60,531 nucleotides of DNA from a virus (lineage: Duplodnaviria; Caudoviricetes), in IMG/VR virus record IMGVR_UViG_3300005294_000016, positions 1 through 60,531 of that record; one strand, given 5' to 3'. The position numbers and the translations under genes are program-made. Numbering within the stretch: the stretch's first letter is position 1; the number at the start of each line of letters is the position of its first letter. Under the pieces are notes generated by a model, which had not been told where the DNA came from, ran no database searches, and worked only from the letters and a program-made list of their open reading frames with translations. Of this stretch, positions 42,450 through 52,884 are shown in pieces.

Positions 42450-44405
42450 ATGGCGAAGTTGGGTGAAGCGTACGTTGAGGTCCGGGCCGACCTGGACAAG
42501 TTCGGCAAGGACCTTGACCGTGGACTTCTCGCGCTCACCAACAAGTTCGAGAAGTCACTGAACTCGTCCCTGGGCAAGAAGCTCGGCACCGATGTGGGCA
42601 GGGGCACCCGCGAAGGTATCGTGTCCGAGTTCAACGGCATCGGCAAGGAACTCGACAAGGCCCTGTCGGGCGTGAACTCGGTCAAGTCCCGAGGGCGCAA
42701 GGTCGGCCGGGAGCTGTCGCAGGGCATCGGGGACGGGATCGACGAACACGGTCCGATTGCCAAGGCCCTATCGAACGTCATCACCGCATTCGAGGACGGC
42801 TTCTCTTCCCTGCCCGTGGAAGCCAAGGCTGCTGTAGCCGGTGCCATCCTGGCCTTGACCCCTATCGTCCTGGGCGGTGTCGCGGCCCTGGTGAACGTGG
42901 CGACTCTTGGGCTTGCCACTACCGTGGGTACGATTTTGGCTTTCCAGTTCAAGGAGGTTCAGGACCGGGGGCAGGAAACTCTCGACAATCTGCGGGAGCG
43001 TGCCGTCAGTGCGGCCCGGTTCTTCATCGATCCGTTGGACAAGGCATTCGACACGATCGACTACCGTTTGGCGCTTCTACAGCCGACCCTTGACCGCCTG
43101 TTCGAGCGGGCTTCCCAGTTCGTCGGTCCGCTGACCGACGCAACTCTGGGGCTGGTCGATGAAACGATCCGTGGTATCGAGCGGGGGCTTGAGGCACTTG
43201 ACATCCCCGGCGTCGGTGAGGCGACAGTTCAGGGCCTGCGCGATATCGGTGTTGAGCTTGGTGAGCTGTTCGAGACGTTGCTTGCCAATGAGAACACCGA
43301 TGAGGTTCTTCTGGACTTGTTCGAGTCGGTGGCCACGCTCGTTGCCGGGCTGAAGGTCTTCCTGAATTTCGGCTTGGACGTGTACGGGTTCATGATCGAC
43401 CTGGCGAACGTGATGGGCAACGTCGCCGATGCCATTGGCGATGTCGTTTCGGCCCTTGTGGACCTGGCGACGTTCAACGGGACCCTCGACAACCTGACCG
43501 CCAAAATCAAGGGGGTCGGTGACGCCTGGCTCCAGGATGACATGATCACCAAGAACGTCATCAAGACCACGGACGAGTACAACGTCGCCGCTGACGGAAC
43601 GCTCAGGTTGACGAAGAAGCAGGAAAAGGCCCAGAAGGAACTGATCAAGCAGCTCAAGGCCCAAAACGACCTCGTCAACGACCTGATCTCCACAAACGTC
43701 GACTACCAGGAAGCCGTCGACAACACGATCGCAGGCTTCAAGGAGTACAAGACCAGCCTCGACGCCGGAGAAGAGGCCGGTCGCGGCAACATCCGCAACA
43801 TCCAAAGCCAGATCGACAAGCTGAAAGAGTACGTGACCGCGCAGGTGACCTCGGGCAAAATGACCGAAGGACAGGCGCGGACCTACTACAACAACGAGAT
43901 CCAGCGCCTCAGGGACGAGTTCACGAAGCGTGGCGGGAACATCAAGCAGTTTGAGGAGATTTTCGGCTGGTTGACGAAACTGGCAGGCTTCCAGAACATC
44001 CCTGACAAGTTCGGGCCGTTCCGGATCAGTCTCCAGGACACCGCGACCCTGCTGAACGCGGTGACAACCGCAGTCACCGCCCTCGCGAACGCCCCGAAGC
44101 CAGCAGCCCCGAAGCACGGAACGGGGCGTGGACCGCAGCCGTACGCGGACGGCGGATTCATCAACGAGCCGACGTTCGGGATGCTCGGGGAGAACTACCG
44201 TCGCGAAGTGGTGCTTCCGTTGACCCAGCCGCAGCGTTCCATGAGTCTCCTAGCCAAATCTCCATTGGCCGGGATGTTGGGGGGCACCCCGAACGTGAAC
44301 GTGTTCGTCGGCAACGAACAGCTCGCCAGTCGACAGTTCGCGGTGGCCACCGGGGTGTCACGCGCCAATGCACGTTCCATGACCCAGCGTCCCAGGAGTA
44401 TCTGA
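42450..44405 (+). CDS. tape measure protein
   Basis: LGEAYVEVRADL start, helical repeats, C-terminal YADGG...GE...EVVLPL. Confidence 0.9.
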   Translation: MAKLGEAYVEVRADLDKFGKDLDRGLLALTNKFEKSLNSSLGKKLGTDVGRGTREGIVSEFNGIGKELDKALSGVNSVKSRGRKVGRELSQGIGDGIDEHGPIAKALSNVITAFEDGFSSLPVEAKAAVAGAILALTPIVLGGVAALVNVATLGLATTVGTILAFQFKEVQDRGQETLDNLRERAVSAARFFIDPLDKAFDTIDYRLALLQPTLDRLFERASQFVGPLTDATLGLVDETIRGIERGLEALDIPGVGEATVQGLRDIGVELGELFETLLANENTDEVLLDLFESVATLVAGLKVFLNFGLDVYGFMIDLANVMGNVADAIGDVVSALVDLATFNGTLDNLTAKIKGVGDAWLQDDMITKNVIKTTDEYNVAADGTLRLTKKQEKAQKELIKQLKAQNDLVNDLISTNVDYQEAVDNTIAGFKEYKTSLDAGEEAGRGNIRNIQSQIDKLKEYVTAQVTSGKMTEGQARTYYNNEIQRLRDEFTKRGGNIKQFEEIFGWLTKLAGFQNIPDKFGPFRISLQDTATLLNAVTTAVTALANAPKPAAPKHGTGRGPQPYADGGFINEPTFGMLGENYRREVVLPLTQPQRSMSLLAKSPLAGMLGGTPNVNVFVGNEQLASRQFAVATGVSRANARSMTQRPRSI

Positions 44406-45898
44406 TGGCATCCTTGACCGCCACTGCTGATGCGACCACCGGCACGATCCGGATCGACATCGAACAGACGACCCTGCGGGACCTGTTCACCCGTGTCGTT
44501 GCGAACGGTTGGGGTTCCCCGACTGCCGGTCCGGCGTGGAGCACTTCCGGTGGTGTGGCTGGGGACTACGCCGTCAACGGAACCCAGGGAACGCACACAT
44601 TCTCAGCGACGAACAGTCCACGGCGCACGTTCTCCCTGGCGGCAGCGGACGCGGACATGGGTATCACGGGCCAGGTGACGATCGCCGTGGCTGCCCTGAC
44701 TCAGCCGATCCAGCCCGGTTTCATGGTCCGTTACACCGACTCCAGCAACCACTACTTCGTCGAGATTTCGATCGCCCCCAGCAACACGGTCACCATGAAC
44801 CTGCGCAAGAACGTCCTCGGGGTCCTCACCACCCTCAACTCGGTCGTTCTGGGGCAGGTCCACGCCGCTGGGGCCACCTGGCTTGCCAGACTTGAGGTGT
44901 GCGGGCACACGTTGAAAGCGAAGGCGTGGAGGTCCACGGTCACCGAACCGGGCTGGCTGGCGACGGTCAACGACTTTGACCTGACAACCGGGCAGGGCAT
45001 GGGTGCCCGTAGTGTCCTGGCCACCGGGAACACGAACGGGTCCACGGTGTTCGCGTACGACAACTTCGCGGGCTACGTGTCCCAGCCGATCCGGTTGTGG
45101 CGGGTTCTGCCGGACGGCACGAGGACCGAAGTCAGGGGTTCGCCGGGCAGCACCGAGAACGCCACGGCTGCCGCAGCCACGGCGACAGCGACGTTCTACG
45201 ACAATGAGGCACCGTTCGATGTGAACGTGTTCTACGAGCTGACGTCCGGGTGCAACACGGTTGTGGAGGCCACGTCGAACACGGTGGTGCTGGACTCCAA
45301 CGATGACGGCTGGCTGCGGGATCCGGTGGATCCGACCCGCAACATCCGGATCGTCATGTCGTCGTTCTTCAACGAATGCGTGGACGTGGACACTGTCGTG
45401 TTCTCCGGTCTCGGGGCCAGGGAGTATGCGAACTCGGCGGGGATCTTCGACATCATCGACGATCGACGCCCGGTGACGGTCTCGCAGACACGGAAGAACT
45501 ATGCCTCAGGGCTGACCCTGACCTCGTACACCTTGGATGACATCGACAGCTTGGAGGACCTGTTCGACCCGAACCGGATCCTGTTGCTGTCCCTGCCTGT
45601 TTCGGGAAACTACGGGTGGGCTCACCGCAGCTCCGGAACCGACTACATCACATGCTTCGACATCACCCAGTCCGTGATCGGCGTGGACCAGGGGGTGACG
45701 TCGCGGGTATGGGATATCCCGTTCCGGTTGTCTTACGCACCACCGGACACGTCCGAGGGTGGTACGGGCGGTAACGGTATCGGGGGCGCTGGGGCCACCT
45801 ACGACGATCTGGCGGCTTCGGCGCTGGGGTTGACGTACAACTCTTTGACAGCTTCGGGTGAGACGTACCTTCAGGTCGCGCAGGGGGTCGGATACTGA
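44405..45898 (+). CDS. minor tail protein (Dit-like with inserted lectin-like domain)
   Basis: After the tape measure; DLFTRVVANGWG insert; D.EAPFD; WLRDP. Confidence 0.75.
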   Translation: MASLTATADATTGTIRIDIEQTTLRDLFTRVVANGWGSPTAGPAWSTSGGVAGDYAVNGTQGTHTFSATNSPRRTFSLAAADADMGITGQVTIAVAALTQPIQPGFMVRYTDSSNHYFVEISIAPSNTVTMNLRKNVLGVLTTLNSVVLGQVHAAGATWLARLEVCGHTLKAKAWRSTVTEPGWLATVNDFDLTTGQGMGARSVLATGNTNGSTVFAYDNFAGYVSQPIRLWRVLPDGTRTEVRGSPGSTENATAAAATATATFYDNEAPFDVNVFYELTSGCNTVVEATSNTVVLDSNDDGWLRDPVDPTRNIRIVMSSFFNECVDVDTVVFSGLGAREYANSAGIFDIIDDRRPVTVSQTRKNYASGLTLTSYTLDDIDSLEDLFDPNRILLLSLPVSGNYGWAHRSSGTDYITCFDITQSVIGVDQGVTSRVWDIPFRLSYAPPDTSEGGTGGNGIGGAGATYDDLAASALGLTYNSLTASGETYLQVAQGVGY

Positions 45899-46995
45899 TG
45901 GCATTCCCGGTCACTGACGCCCAGAAGGCGATGCTGCTGGGATCTCATGAGATGTCGGCCCGGACGGTGGTGTTGCGTAACGGCCAGAGTCTGGGCCAGA
46001 TTCCGGTTGTCGATGCCCAGATTTCGGCCACCTTGCGGACCCAGGGCGGCCGGGACGGCGTCCTCACCGTACCCAGGACCGTGATCGATTCGGGGCTGCT
46101 GAACCCCCTCTCGGACCAGGTGATCATATACACGGGCGTGAAGGGGCAGTTCGACGTCCCGGTCTTCACGGGACGTGTCGACACGAACGAGGACTCTTCG
46201 GAGGGCCTGGTCCGGTGCCTACTGCTGTCGACGGGTGCGGAAGCTATCCGTGCCCAGTTCGAGGTTCCGTGGGCGGCGACGAACGGGGCTCAGGCACGGG
46301 TGGAGATGGCCCGGATCCTGCACAGCATCAACGCATCCTGGGGCGTCGACTTCATGGATGCCGATGCGACCACCATCCCCCCGAATCTGGTTTGGGAGGT
46401 TGATCCCGGCCAGGCTCTGGATCAGATGGCGCAGGCAGCTTCACTGATCTGGCAGCCTGACCGGGTCGGCGGGTTCGTCATCTACAACAACCCGTATGCG
46501 ATCGGCCCCAGTCTTGGGGCGTTCCCTGTGGTCACGTTACGGGACGGGGTTGGTGGAACCACGGTGACCGTGACCAACACTTCGTCTCGGGACGGCATGT
46601 GGAATTCGGTTACGGTGGTGACGGAGCGTGTGAACAACACGGATCCGATCCGGGTTACGGTGAAGGATACGGATCCGGCTTCCGCGACGTTCTGGGGTGG
46701 TCCGTTCGGTAAGCAGAACCTGGTGGTGAAGAATCAGGTTCCGCTGGATGTCACCCAGTCGCAGAGTGTGGCCACGCGGATTCTACGGCAGTCGCTGGCT
46801 CTGGTCCGGTCGTTCGGTATCACGTGTCCGCATATGCCGATTCTGGATCCGGGGGATGTGTTCACCCTCTGGTATCAGAATGTGGTGTATTCGCTGGTGG
46901 TGGAGTCGATCGACTATTCGTACAATGCGGACATGGAGACGTTCATCACGGCCAGGGAGCTGCGGGAGATCGCATTACTGGAGATGTTCGTGTGA
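45898..46995 (+). CDS. minor tail protein (baseplate hub/Tal-like)
   Basis: Position; SRDGMWNSV.V, GPFGK, P.LDPGDV. Confidence 0.75.
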   Translation: MAFPVTDAQKAMLLGSHEMSARTVVLRNGQSLGQIPVVDAQISATLRTQGGRDGVLTVPRTVIDSGLLNPLSDQVIIYTGVKGQFDVPVFTGRVDTNEDSSEGLVRCLLLSTGAEAIRAQFEVPWAATNGAQARVEMARILHSINASWGVDFMDADATTIPPNLVWEVDPGQALDQMAQAASLIWQPDRVGGFVIYNNPYAIGPSLGAFPVVTLRDGVGGTTVTVTNTSSRDGMWNSVTVVTERVNNTDPIRVTVKDTDPASATFWGGPFGKQNLVVKNQVPLDVTQSQSVATRILRQSLALVRSFGITCPHMPILDPGDVFTLWYQNVVYSLVVESIDYSYNADMETFITARELREIALLEMFV

Positions 46996-47017
46996 CACAT
47001 GGTGTTACATTGACATC

Positions 47018-47908
47018 ATGAACCTGTTTGCACGTATCATGCCCAGGGGGTACTGGATCGCAGCAGCCCTCACCATCACTACCCTCGGAGCCACCATGAC
47101 CATGCCCGGAACCCCGAACCTGCCCGAATCGGTAGCCAACTCCACCGAATCCCCGGCCGTCATGCGCATCGGGGTCGTCGCCGACATTGTTGAATCGGAC
47201 AGCATCACCGTTCGGATCTCCGGCACACCCGTACTCGTCCAAGCCTCCTACCTTTTCCCCCAGTACCTTCCCGTACTCGGGGACCTGGTGGCCGTCATCA
47301 AACAGGACGCCCAATGGCTGGTCCTGGGCACCATGTCCGGCTCCATCAACTCCCTGGCCATGAACCCGTCCTTCGAAAACGGGGCCACCGGGGCGACACC
47401 GAGCGACTGGAACATCACCTCAGTTTCCGGAGCCGGTGGCACCATCACGTTCCAGAAGCAGGCAGGAAGCTACCTGGGGCAGCCGATCGCCGGTAACTTC
47501 GTCGGAGCCGTCGACTTCACCAGCAACGGTGTAGCTGCCGCATCCCAGTCGAACATCACCTCCGACATGATCCCGGCCGATGGGAACGAACAGTGGACCG
47601 GCGCCCTGTGGATCGCCGGAGGCATCATGTCTTCGGGAACCCTGTCGCTCCAGACCCTGTTCCTGGAATTCTTCGACCCCAGCTCCGCACTGCTGTCCAG
47701 CAACACGATCGCCCAATACACTCTCGGCGACGTCACCATCCCAAGGACATACCTACGCCCGCAGGCCACAAACCCGAGCTTCACCTCACCCGTGGACACC
47801 GCATTCGTCCGTCTGCGACTCAACGTTCAGTTCGTGATGCCCGCCCCTGCCGGTGGCACCGTATCCACGGTGTTCTACGACTACGCCATCCTGCGCGGAC
47901 CGGTGTAA
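47018..47908 (+). CDS. minor tail protein with carbohydrate-binding-like domain
   Basis: Y.PVLGD.V...WLVLG then NPSFE...W motif; start may be ~47096. Confidence 0.7.
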   Translation: MNLFARIMPRGYWIAAALTITTLGATMTMPGTPNLPESVANSTESPAVMRIGVVADIVESDSITVRISGTPVLVQASYLFPQYLPVLGDLVAVIKQDAQWLVLGTMSGSINSLAMNPSFENGATGATPSDWNITSVSGAGGTITFQKQAGSYLGQPIAGNFVGAVDFTSNGVAAASQSNITSDMIPADGNEQWTGALWIAGGIMSSGTLSLQTLFLEFFDPSSALLSSNTIAQYTLGDVTIPRTYLRPQATNPSFTSPVDTAFVRLRLNVQFVMPAPAGGTVSTVFYDYAILRGPV

Positions 47909-47944
47909 CCGGGAGCATCAACTAAGTCAAGGTATGATCAGGTC

Positions 47945-48595
47945 ATGCTCACCACGAACCAGGGCCTGATCCTGCCGGACGGCACCGACAATGCGAACGT
48001 CCCGTTGACGTTCACCGACTTCGTGACCACGGCAGGCTCCGGCATGGAGAACCGCCTGGTTCAACGGTACCTGAGCGCCGCCGACCGTACGGCACGCAAC
48101 GGCGCCCCGAACGAAGGCGAACTGTCGTACCTGTCGGACTCCGACGCCTACTTCTTCTACAACGGCACGACGTGGATTCCGTTGGCGAAAGGGTTCGTGG
48201 CCGACACAACCCGCACCTCGTCCAGCGCCGGGTTCACGAACGTGGAGATCGTCACCGACTCGCTCACGTTCACTTCGAACGGCCCGGCAGTCATCTACAA
48301 ACTGAGCTACTTCGGTGTCGTACAGTCGACGGTGGCCAACGACCTGGCACAGCCCCGGTTCCGGTGGCAGACCGGCGGCACCCTGACCACCGCTGGCACC
48401 CAGTTCTCCACGGTCACCGTCAACTGTGACGTCGCGGGACGTGGTGCCCTTTTCAGCTTCTTCAAGACCGTGACCGGCATTCCCGCAGGCACAGCATCCA
48501 TTGGTGTGACGATGGTCCGGAACTCGGGGACCGGGACCCTGACTTCGGTCGGTAGCGCGAACAACGAATGCTACCTGCTGCTGGAGATCGACTAA
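47945..48595 (+). CDS. minor tail/fibre protein
   Basis: S.ADR......PNEGELSY...YNGTTW motif. Confidence 0.75.
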   Translation: MLTTNQGLILPDGTDNANVPLTFTDFVTTAGSGMENRLVQRYLSAADRTARNGAPNEGELSYLSDSDAYFFYNGTTWIPLAKGFVADTTRTSSSAGFTNVEIVTDSLTFTSNGPAVIYKLSYFGVVQSTVANDLAQPRFRWQTGGTLTTAGTQFSTVTVNCDVAGRGALFSFFKTVTGIPAGTASIGVTMVRNSGTGTLTSVGSANNECYLLLEID

Positions 48596-48601
48596 AACAC
48601 C

Positions 48602-48633
48602 GATGGCCTCGACCCTTGTGGGGTGGAGGCCAT
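48602..48633. terminator. hairpin between convergent genes
   Basis: GATGGCCTC/GAGGCCATC. Confidence 0.55.
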
Positions 48634-48650
48634 CTCGTGGTTTCACTATC

Positions 48651-49286
48651 CTACAGGACGCCCTTGGTGGTCCGGAACGCCTTGCGGGTCTTCGGGCCGA
48701 CAATTTTGTCAGTCTTGAGCCCGTATCTGCGCTGAAACGCCTCGACACATCGGCCGGTACCTTCGCCGAACACGCCGTCGAGTTCCAGGGCGTACCCGTA
48801 GGCCAGCAGGAACGCCTGCGTGTAGCGAACCTCTTTACCTTCGGAACCCTGCTGGATGCTCTTGCTCCACACCGGCTCGGACTCCAGGAACAGCCACTTC
48901 TCCACCGAGGTTTCAGCCTTCGGATCCTGGTGGATCGAAGTGTGCTGGTGATCCGGGTGTTTGTTCTCGCCCTTGTACGTCCGGGGGTAGAAGTTCCGGT
49001 AGTCGGCATCCCAGATGCGGGCACGGTGGATCACGTAGTTCGTGGAGCCGTGCAGGAACGATGAGGCCAGCATCGTCGGGACGTGGCAGTCGCCTCGGGT
49101 GTCGTCGTCTTCGGCATCGACCCGGTTTCGGCGGTTCGGATTGTGGTCCGAGCCGCCGTTCTCGGGGGAACCGGACGTCTGGTGTTTCGGGTCCCCGATC
49201 CAGCCGTCGTTCTCCCGTAGGCGCTTGGGATACTTGGCGCGCAGGGCTGTGCGGCGCCGGACGAGTACGGGTGCCAGGACAGCCAT
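48651..49286 (-). CDS. endolysin: M15-like zinc peptidase plus peptidoglycan-binding domain
   Basis: DGWIGD..H, SDHNP, V.A.D, H..H.H.S; C-terminal DGVFG..T...V.AFQ...GL..D.IVGP.T. Confidence 0.85.
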   Translation of the reverse strand: MAVLAPVLVRRRTALRAKYPKRLRENDGWIGDPKHQTSGSPENGGSDHNPNRRNRVDAEDDDTRGDCHVPTMLASSFLHGSTNYVIHRARIWDADYRNFYPRTYKGENKHPDHQHTSIHQDPKAETSVEKWLFLESEPVWSKSIQQGSEGKEVRYTQAFLLAYGYALELDGVFGEGTGRCVEAFQRRYGLKTDKIVGPKTRKAFRTTKGVL

Positions 49287-49444
49287 CAGTCGCCCCACCC
49301 ATCGGTGTCCTCGGGGAAGTCGGAACCGTAGTATGCCTCGATGTCGACTTCCTCTTCCTGTTCGGCGACGTAGTGTTCCCCGACCTGCTTGAGCCGGACG
49401 GCGTCGAAGTCGGATGTGTCGTAGAACTTCTGTTCGCGGATCAT
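49286..49444 (-). CDS. small acidic protein
   Basis: Fills the gap; stop coupled to the endolysin start. Confidence 0.45.
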   Translation of the reverse strand: MIREQKFYDTSDFDAVRLKQVGEHYVAEQEEEVDIEAYYGSDFPEDTDGWGD

Positions 49445-49454
49445 GTATTCGAGC

Positions 49455-49988
49455 TTACTGGGCGTCGGGGGTGGTTTCCACACCCTTTGACAGTATCTCG
49501 ACCATGCGCTCGTGGTCGCGCCAAAGGCCATAGATCTCGTGTTCGGTGCGGATGCCTTGATCGCACTCGATCTCTTCGATCCGGCTGAGCACGAACGCAT
49601 GGGTGTAGAGGTGCGCGAACACCCGTGGCACCTTGCGCAGGCCCATGAACGTGTTCAGCAGGTGCATGCTGCTGGGGAGCATGACGTACGCGGAGGCCAC
49701 GTTCACTGAAACCTCAGTGGTGCCGTGGACTCGGCGCCAGTGGTCATGCAGGGCATCCATGCGCCACTTGGCCAGGTAGTGCTCGATGGCCCCGTACAGC
49801 CGGTCGTTGAGGGCCTGGTCGCCGTGGTTGCTGAAGTTCAGTTCGCTGAGGGCGTCACCGAGAGCCATCAGGAAGTCGTCGTAGTTGCGCCAGTAGTTCA
49901 GGCTGGCACAGATGACGTCCTGGCCGGTGTAGTTCGGGCGTAGCGCGTAGCCCCCAGGAAGCATGATGATCTTTACTGTCTCGCTCAC
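49455..49988 (-). CDS. hypothetical protein
   Basis: 177-aa coupled ORF. Confidence 0.75.
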   Translation of the reverse strand: MSETVKIIMLPGGYALRPNYTGQDVICASLNYWRNYDDFLMALGDALSELNFSNHGDQALNDRLYGAIEHYLAKWRMDALHDHWRRVHGTTEVSVNVASAYVMLPSSMHLLNTFMGLRKVPRVFAHLYTHAFVLSRIEEIECDQGIRTEHEIYGLWRDHERMVEILSKGVETTPDAQ

Positions 49989-50395
49989 GCCTCGGTCTCC
50001 GTGTTCTCGTCGATGAAGTCCTGGAGTAGGGCCGCCAGGTTGCCCCAGATGGACTGGTGGCCCAGTAGGTGGTGGATGTGCCAGATGTAGGTGATCAGAA
50101 TGCCGGTGAGTGGGGTGATCTGGCTCTGGCAGGCTTCGTGGTCCGCAACGACTGGCAGTTGCTTGAGGCAGATGCTGATGGCCTCGTCGAGTTCCTGCTC
50201 AGAGGTGTCGGCAGCGTACTTCTCCAGCATCTGAACACCGAGACCTTCAAGGTAGACGTCCAGGGAGTCTTCGAGGATCCGCAGGGCTGCGGGTCCACCG
50301 TTCTTCTTGATGGTTCGGTATGCCTGACCGAGGCCCTTGAGGCGTGTGTCCCAGTCTTCGGCGATGTCGAGAAGTTCCGCGTTCAGGTCGATCAT
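49985..50395 (-). CDS. hypothetical protein
   Basis: RBS GGAGG; upstream -10 TATCGT. Confidence 0.75.
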   Translation of the reverse strand: MIDLNAELLDIAEDWDTRLKGLGQAYRTIKKNGGPAALRILEDSLDVYLEGLGVQMLEKYAADTSEQELDEAISICLKQLPVVADHEACQSQITPLTGILITYIWHIHHLLGHQSIWGNLAALLQDFIDENTETEA

Positions 50396-50564
50396 CAGAT
50401 CCTCCGTTACAGATGTCGTTACTTGACGATACTAAGTCATCCCATGCGATCACGTCAACCCAACAGATGAGGCGTACGCCATGTGTCGCGCAATATCATG
50501 ACCACGTTTGGGCATCTTGTATGCACGTGCAGCTAACTGGCATGATCGAGGAGTGACGCGACCC

Positions 50565-50834
50565 ATGGGCTATGAAGAGGATGCTCCACGTTTGTCCGAG
50601 ATCGGCAGACACATCGGCAGCATCGACCGAAAGATCGACGACTTCCGCAACGAGGTCCGCCAGGCCCTCAACGACAAGGTGAGCAAAGAAACCTACGAGG
50701 CTCAGCGGGCAGCACAGAGTGACCGGATCGCGAACCTGGAACTCACGATCCGCAACGCGAACGCCAGGTTCTGGGGCGGCTTCGGAACCCTGGCGGTAGC
50801 CCTCATCCTCGCCATACTGAAGCTGAACGCATGA
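50565..50834 (+). CDS. coiled-coil protein with C-terminal TM helix (lysis-accessory/holin-like)
   Basis: Coiled coil followed by FWGGFGTLAVALILAIL. Confidence 0.6.
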   Translation: MGYEEDAPRLSEIGRHIGSIDRKIDDFRNEVRQALNDKVSKETYEAQRAAQSDRIANLELTIRNANARFWGGFGTLAVALILAILKLNA

Positions 50835-51265
50835 TCCAGAACTTCCACTTCCGTGGACTGCTCACCGGCCGGGAAGGTTCCGATGTCGTCAAGCACCTGT
50901 CGATCAGGGGGCAGGAGATCGTCAAGAGACGCCTGGAGCTTCTGTCGGTCCGAGCCGCCCACGGCGATGGGATCGTGGACCTGTACCTTCGCGTACAGGG
51001 CTTGGATCGGTGGCGGATCGCCCAGCATGCCCGCAAGTTCGCGACGTTCCTGCTCGCCGGGCAGGGCCTGGGGTTCAACAAGCCCCTACAGCCGTACTCG
51101 GTATCTACCGAGGGTAACCGTAGGGGCTTGACGATCGAGGAGGGTCGGACTATTCGGGAACGTCCACGCAACGGTCACGGGCGCGGTCGCCTAGTGGAGT
51201 GCTCCGATCAGGAATCCGCAGCCGAAGCAGGCGACGGAACAGATGACGACCCAGACGGCCAGTAG
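50831..51265 (+). CDS. hypothetical protein
   Basis: ATGA-coupled ORF. Confidence 0.6.
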   Translation: MIQNFHFRGLLTGREGSDVVKHLSIRGQEIVKRRLELLSVRAAHGDGIVDLYLRVQGLDRWRIAQHARKFATFLLAGQGLGFNKPLQPYSVSTEGNRRGLTIEEGRTIRERPRNGHGRGRLVECSDQESAAEAGDGTDDDPDGQ

Positions 51266-51287
51266 GATCTTGAAGTAGTTCTGGGCG

Positions 51288-51542
51288 TCATGCTGCATGC
51301 GATGACCGGTCACCATCGACTCCGGCTTCCACGCGGAGCTTCTGTAGGTTCGCGAGGAACGCGTCCCGTTCGATGAGGTACCGTCCGCGCTTGGTGGGGA
51401 CCCGGGTGGCCGTGATGCGTCCCGATTTGATCCACATGACGATGGTTCTGGGCTTGACCACTCCACCGAGAAGGTCGGCTGCCTGCTGGGTCGTGAGGTA
51501 GAGGGCACGTTCCTCCTCCGAGGAAATGCTGAAAGTGTCCAC
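51288..51542 (-). CDS. excisionase/MerR-like HTH DNA-binding protein
   Basis: YLTTQQAADLLG...RTI..WIKSGRI.A...GRYLI. Confidence 0.8.
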   Translation of the reverse strand: MDTFSISSEEERALYLTTQQAADLLGGVVKPRTIVMWIKSGRITATRVPTKRGRYLIERDAFLANLQKLRVEAGVDGDRSSHAA

Positions 51543-51556
51543 AAGTGCTCCGCTCG

Positions 51557-51952
51557 TTACAGTGTTTCACTTGACGATACAGGACCATCGTCAACGTCGG
51601 CAAGGGTCACATACCCCGCCTTGGCCAGCAGCATCAGGAAATCCTGCGGCCTCATCACCACCACCCCGTCACGGGCCTTAGGCTTCCCGTTGAGCCGGAA
51701 CCAAACCACACCCAGATCGGCTCGGGCGTTCCCGGCTTCCCGGACAGCTTCCCGGATCCACTCCGGGATCTTGTACGTCCGTTCGTTCTTGGCCTCGATG
51801 ACGACGTTGCGGATCCCTGCGATGTCGCCCTTGTCGTTGACCCCAGACAGTCGACGGCGCTCGGTCTCCTCAGCGATCATCTCGTCCAGGAACGCGACGA
51901 TCGCGTTCTCCCAGAGCCTGCCTTTAGACTTCGAATATGCCGGACTCGGCAT
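51557..51952 (-). CDS. Holliday junction resolvase (PD-(D/E)XK type)
   Basis: KSKG..WE, DKGDI, VIEAKN. Confidence 0.8.
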   Translation of the reverse strand: MPSPAYSKSKGRLWENAIVAFLDEMIAEETERRRLSGVNDKGDIAGIRNVVIEAKNERTYKIPEWIREAVREAGNARADLGVVWFRLNGKPKARDGVVVMRPQDFLMLLAKAGYVTLADVDDGPVSSSETL

Positions 51953-52007
51953 AGATCCTCCTTACGGGAAAGCCCCCGGACGGATCCGGGGGCTACGTGC
52001 CGTGCCG

Positions 52008-52448
52008 CTACTCGGTAACGTTGAACAGTTCAAGCATTGCGTGGGCGTTCGCCAGAGCCTTGCCCCAGGTGAGCCCAGAATCCTGGGCCATCTGCGCTGC
52101 CAGCAGTGCGGCGGCAGCCGCACGGTCCAGGCGGAACACGGACGTATCCACAACCGCCAACGAGTCCAGGTGCCGGAGTGTCGAGTGCACGCCTCCCTCC
52201 ACCCGGATCCAGTACTTGCGGTCCAGGCCCCAGAAGTCCAGGACGTGGCCGACGATGCAAGACGGCTCCGTGGGCGGATCGTAATCCAAGTAGGAGCCCA
52301 TCGGATGCCCAGCCTCGTCGAGGCCCTTCTGGAAATTCCAGCACCGTTCGACCTCGGCGCCTGGGTACACGTAGTCTTCGCGGTCCAGCGTATCCACCAC
52401 GTGGCGCAGGGCCACCACGGCGTCCTTGCCGGTCTTGATGTCAGACAT
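52008..52448 (-). CDS. hypothetical protein, paralog B
   Basis: DIKTGKDA, REDYVYPGA, PSCIVGHVL, AQMAQD.G.TWG shared with its neighbour. Confidence 0.8.
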   Translation of the reverse strand: MSDIKTGKDAVVALRHVVDTLDREDYVYPGAEVERCWNFQKGLDEAGHPMGSYLDYDPPTEPSCIVGHVLDFWGLDRKYWIRVEGGVHSTLRHLDSLAVVDTSVFRLDRAAAAALLAAQMAQDSGLTWGKALANAHAMLELFNVTE

Positions 52449-52884
52449 CTGTATCCTCCTCAACTGCGTGCCGGTATACGCCTTCGGACCGTCGTAGGGA
52501 CTGACCCCAGGTTGCTCCCTGATCCTGGGCCATCTGGGCTAGGTACAGGACCGCGTACGCCCCCGGGTCAACCTGGGGCACCTCGTGATTCTCCCTTGCC
52601 AGGTAGTCCAGGGCCTCCTGGGTCGTCTGCATCCCGCCCTCAACAAAAGGCCAGTGCTCACGGTCCAGACCCCACAGGGCCAGGACGTGGCCGACGATGC
52701 ATGATGGCCGCAGGTCGTCGATGCGGGCGAAGGCCGGGTTGCTCGGATATCCAGCATCGTTGAGTCCGCCGCTGAAGTTGAAGCAGGCGTTGGCGTTCGC
52801 ACCGGGATACACGTAGTCCTCACGTCCGGCAACGACCTGGCGCAGGGCTTCGATGGCGTCCTTGCCGGTCTTGATGTCAGGCAT
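52441..52884 (-). CDS. hypothetical protein, paralog A
   Basis: Tandem paralog of 52008-52448. Confidence 0.8.
   Translation of the reverse strand: MPDIKTGKDAIEALRQVVAGREDYVYPGANANACFNFSGGLNDAGYPSNPAFARIDDLRPSCIVGHVLALWGLDREHWPFVEGGMQTTQEALDYLARENHEVPQVDPGAYAVLYLAQMAQDQGATWGQSLRRSEGVYRHAVEEDTDV

Noticed and set aside
35789-48595. Diversity-generating retroelement or invertase-driven tail-fibre switching
   Set aside because: No reverse transcriptase, template/variable repeat pair or invertase recognised
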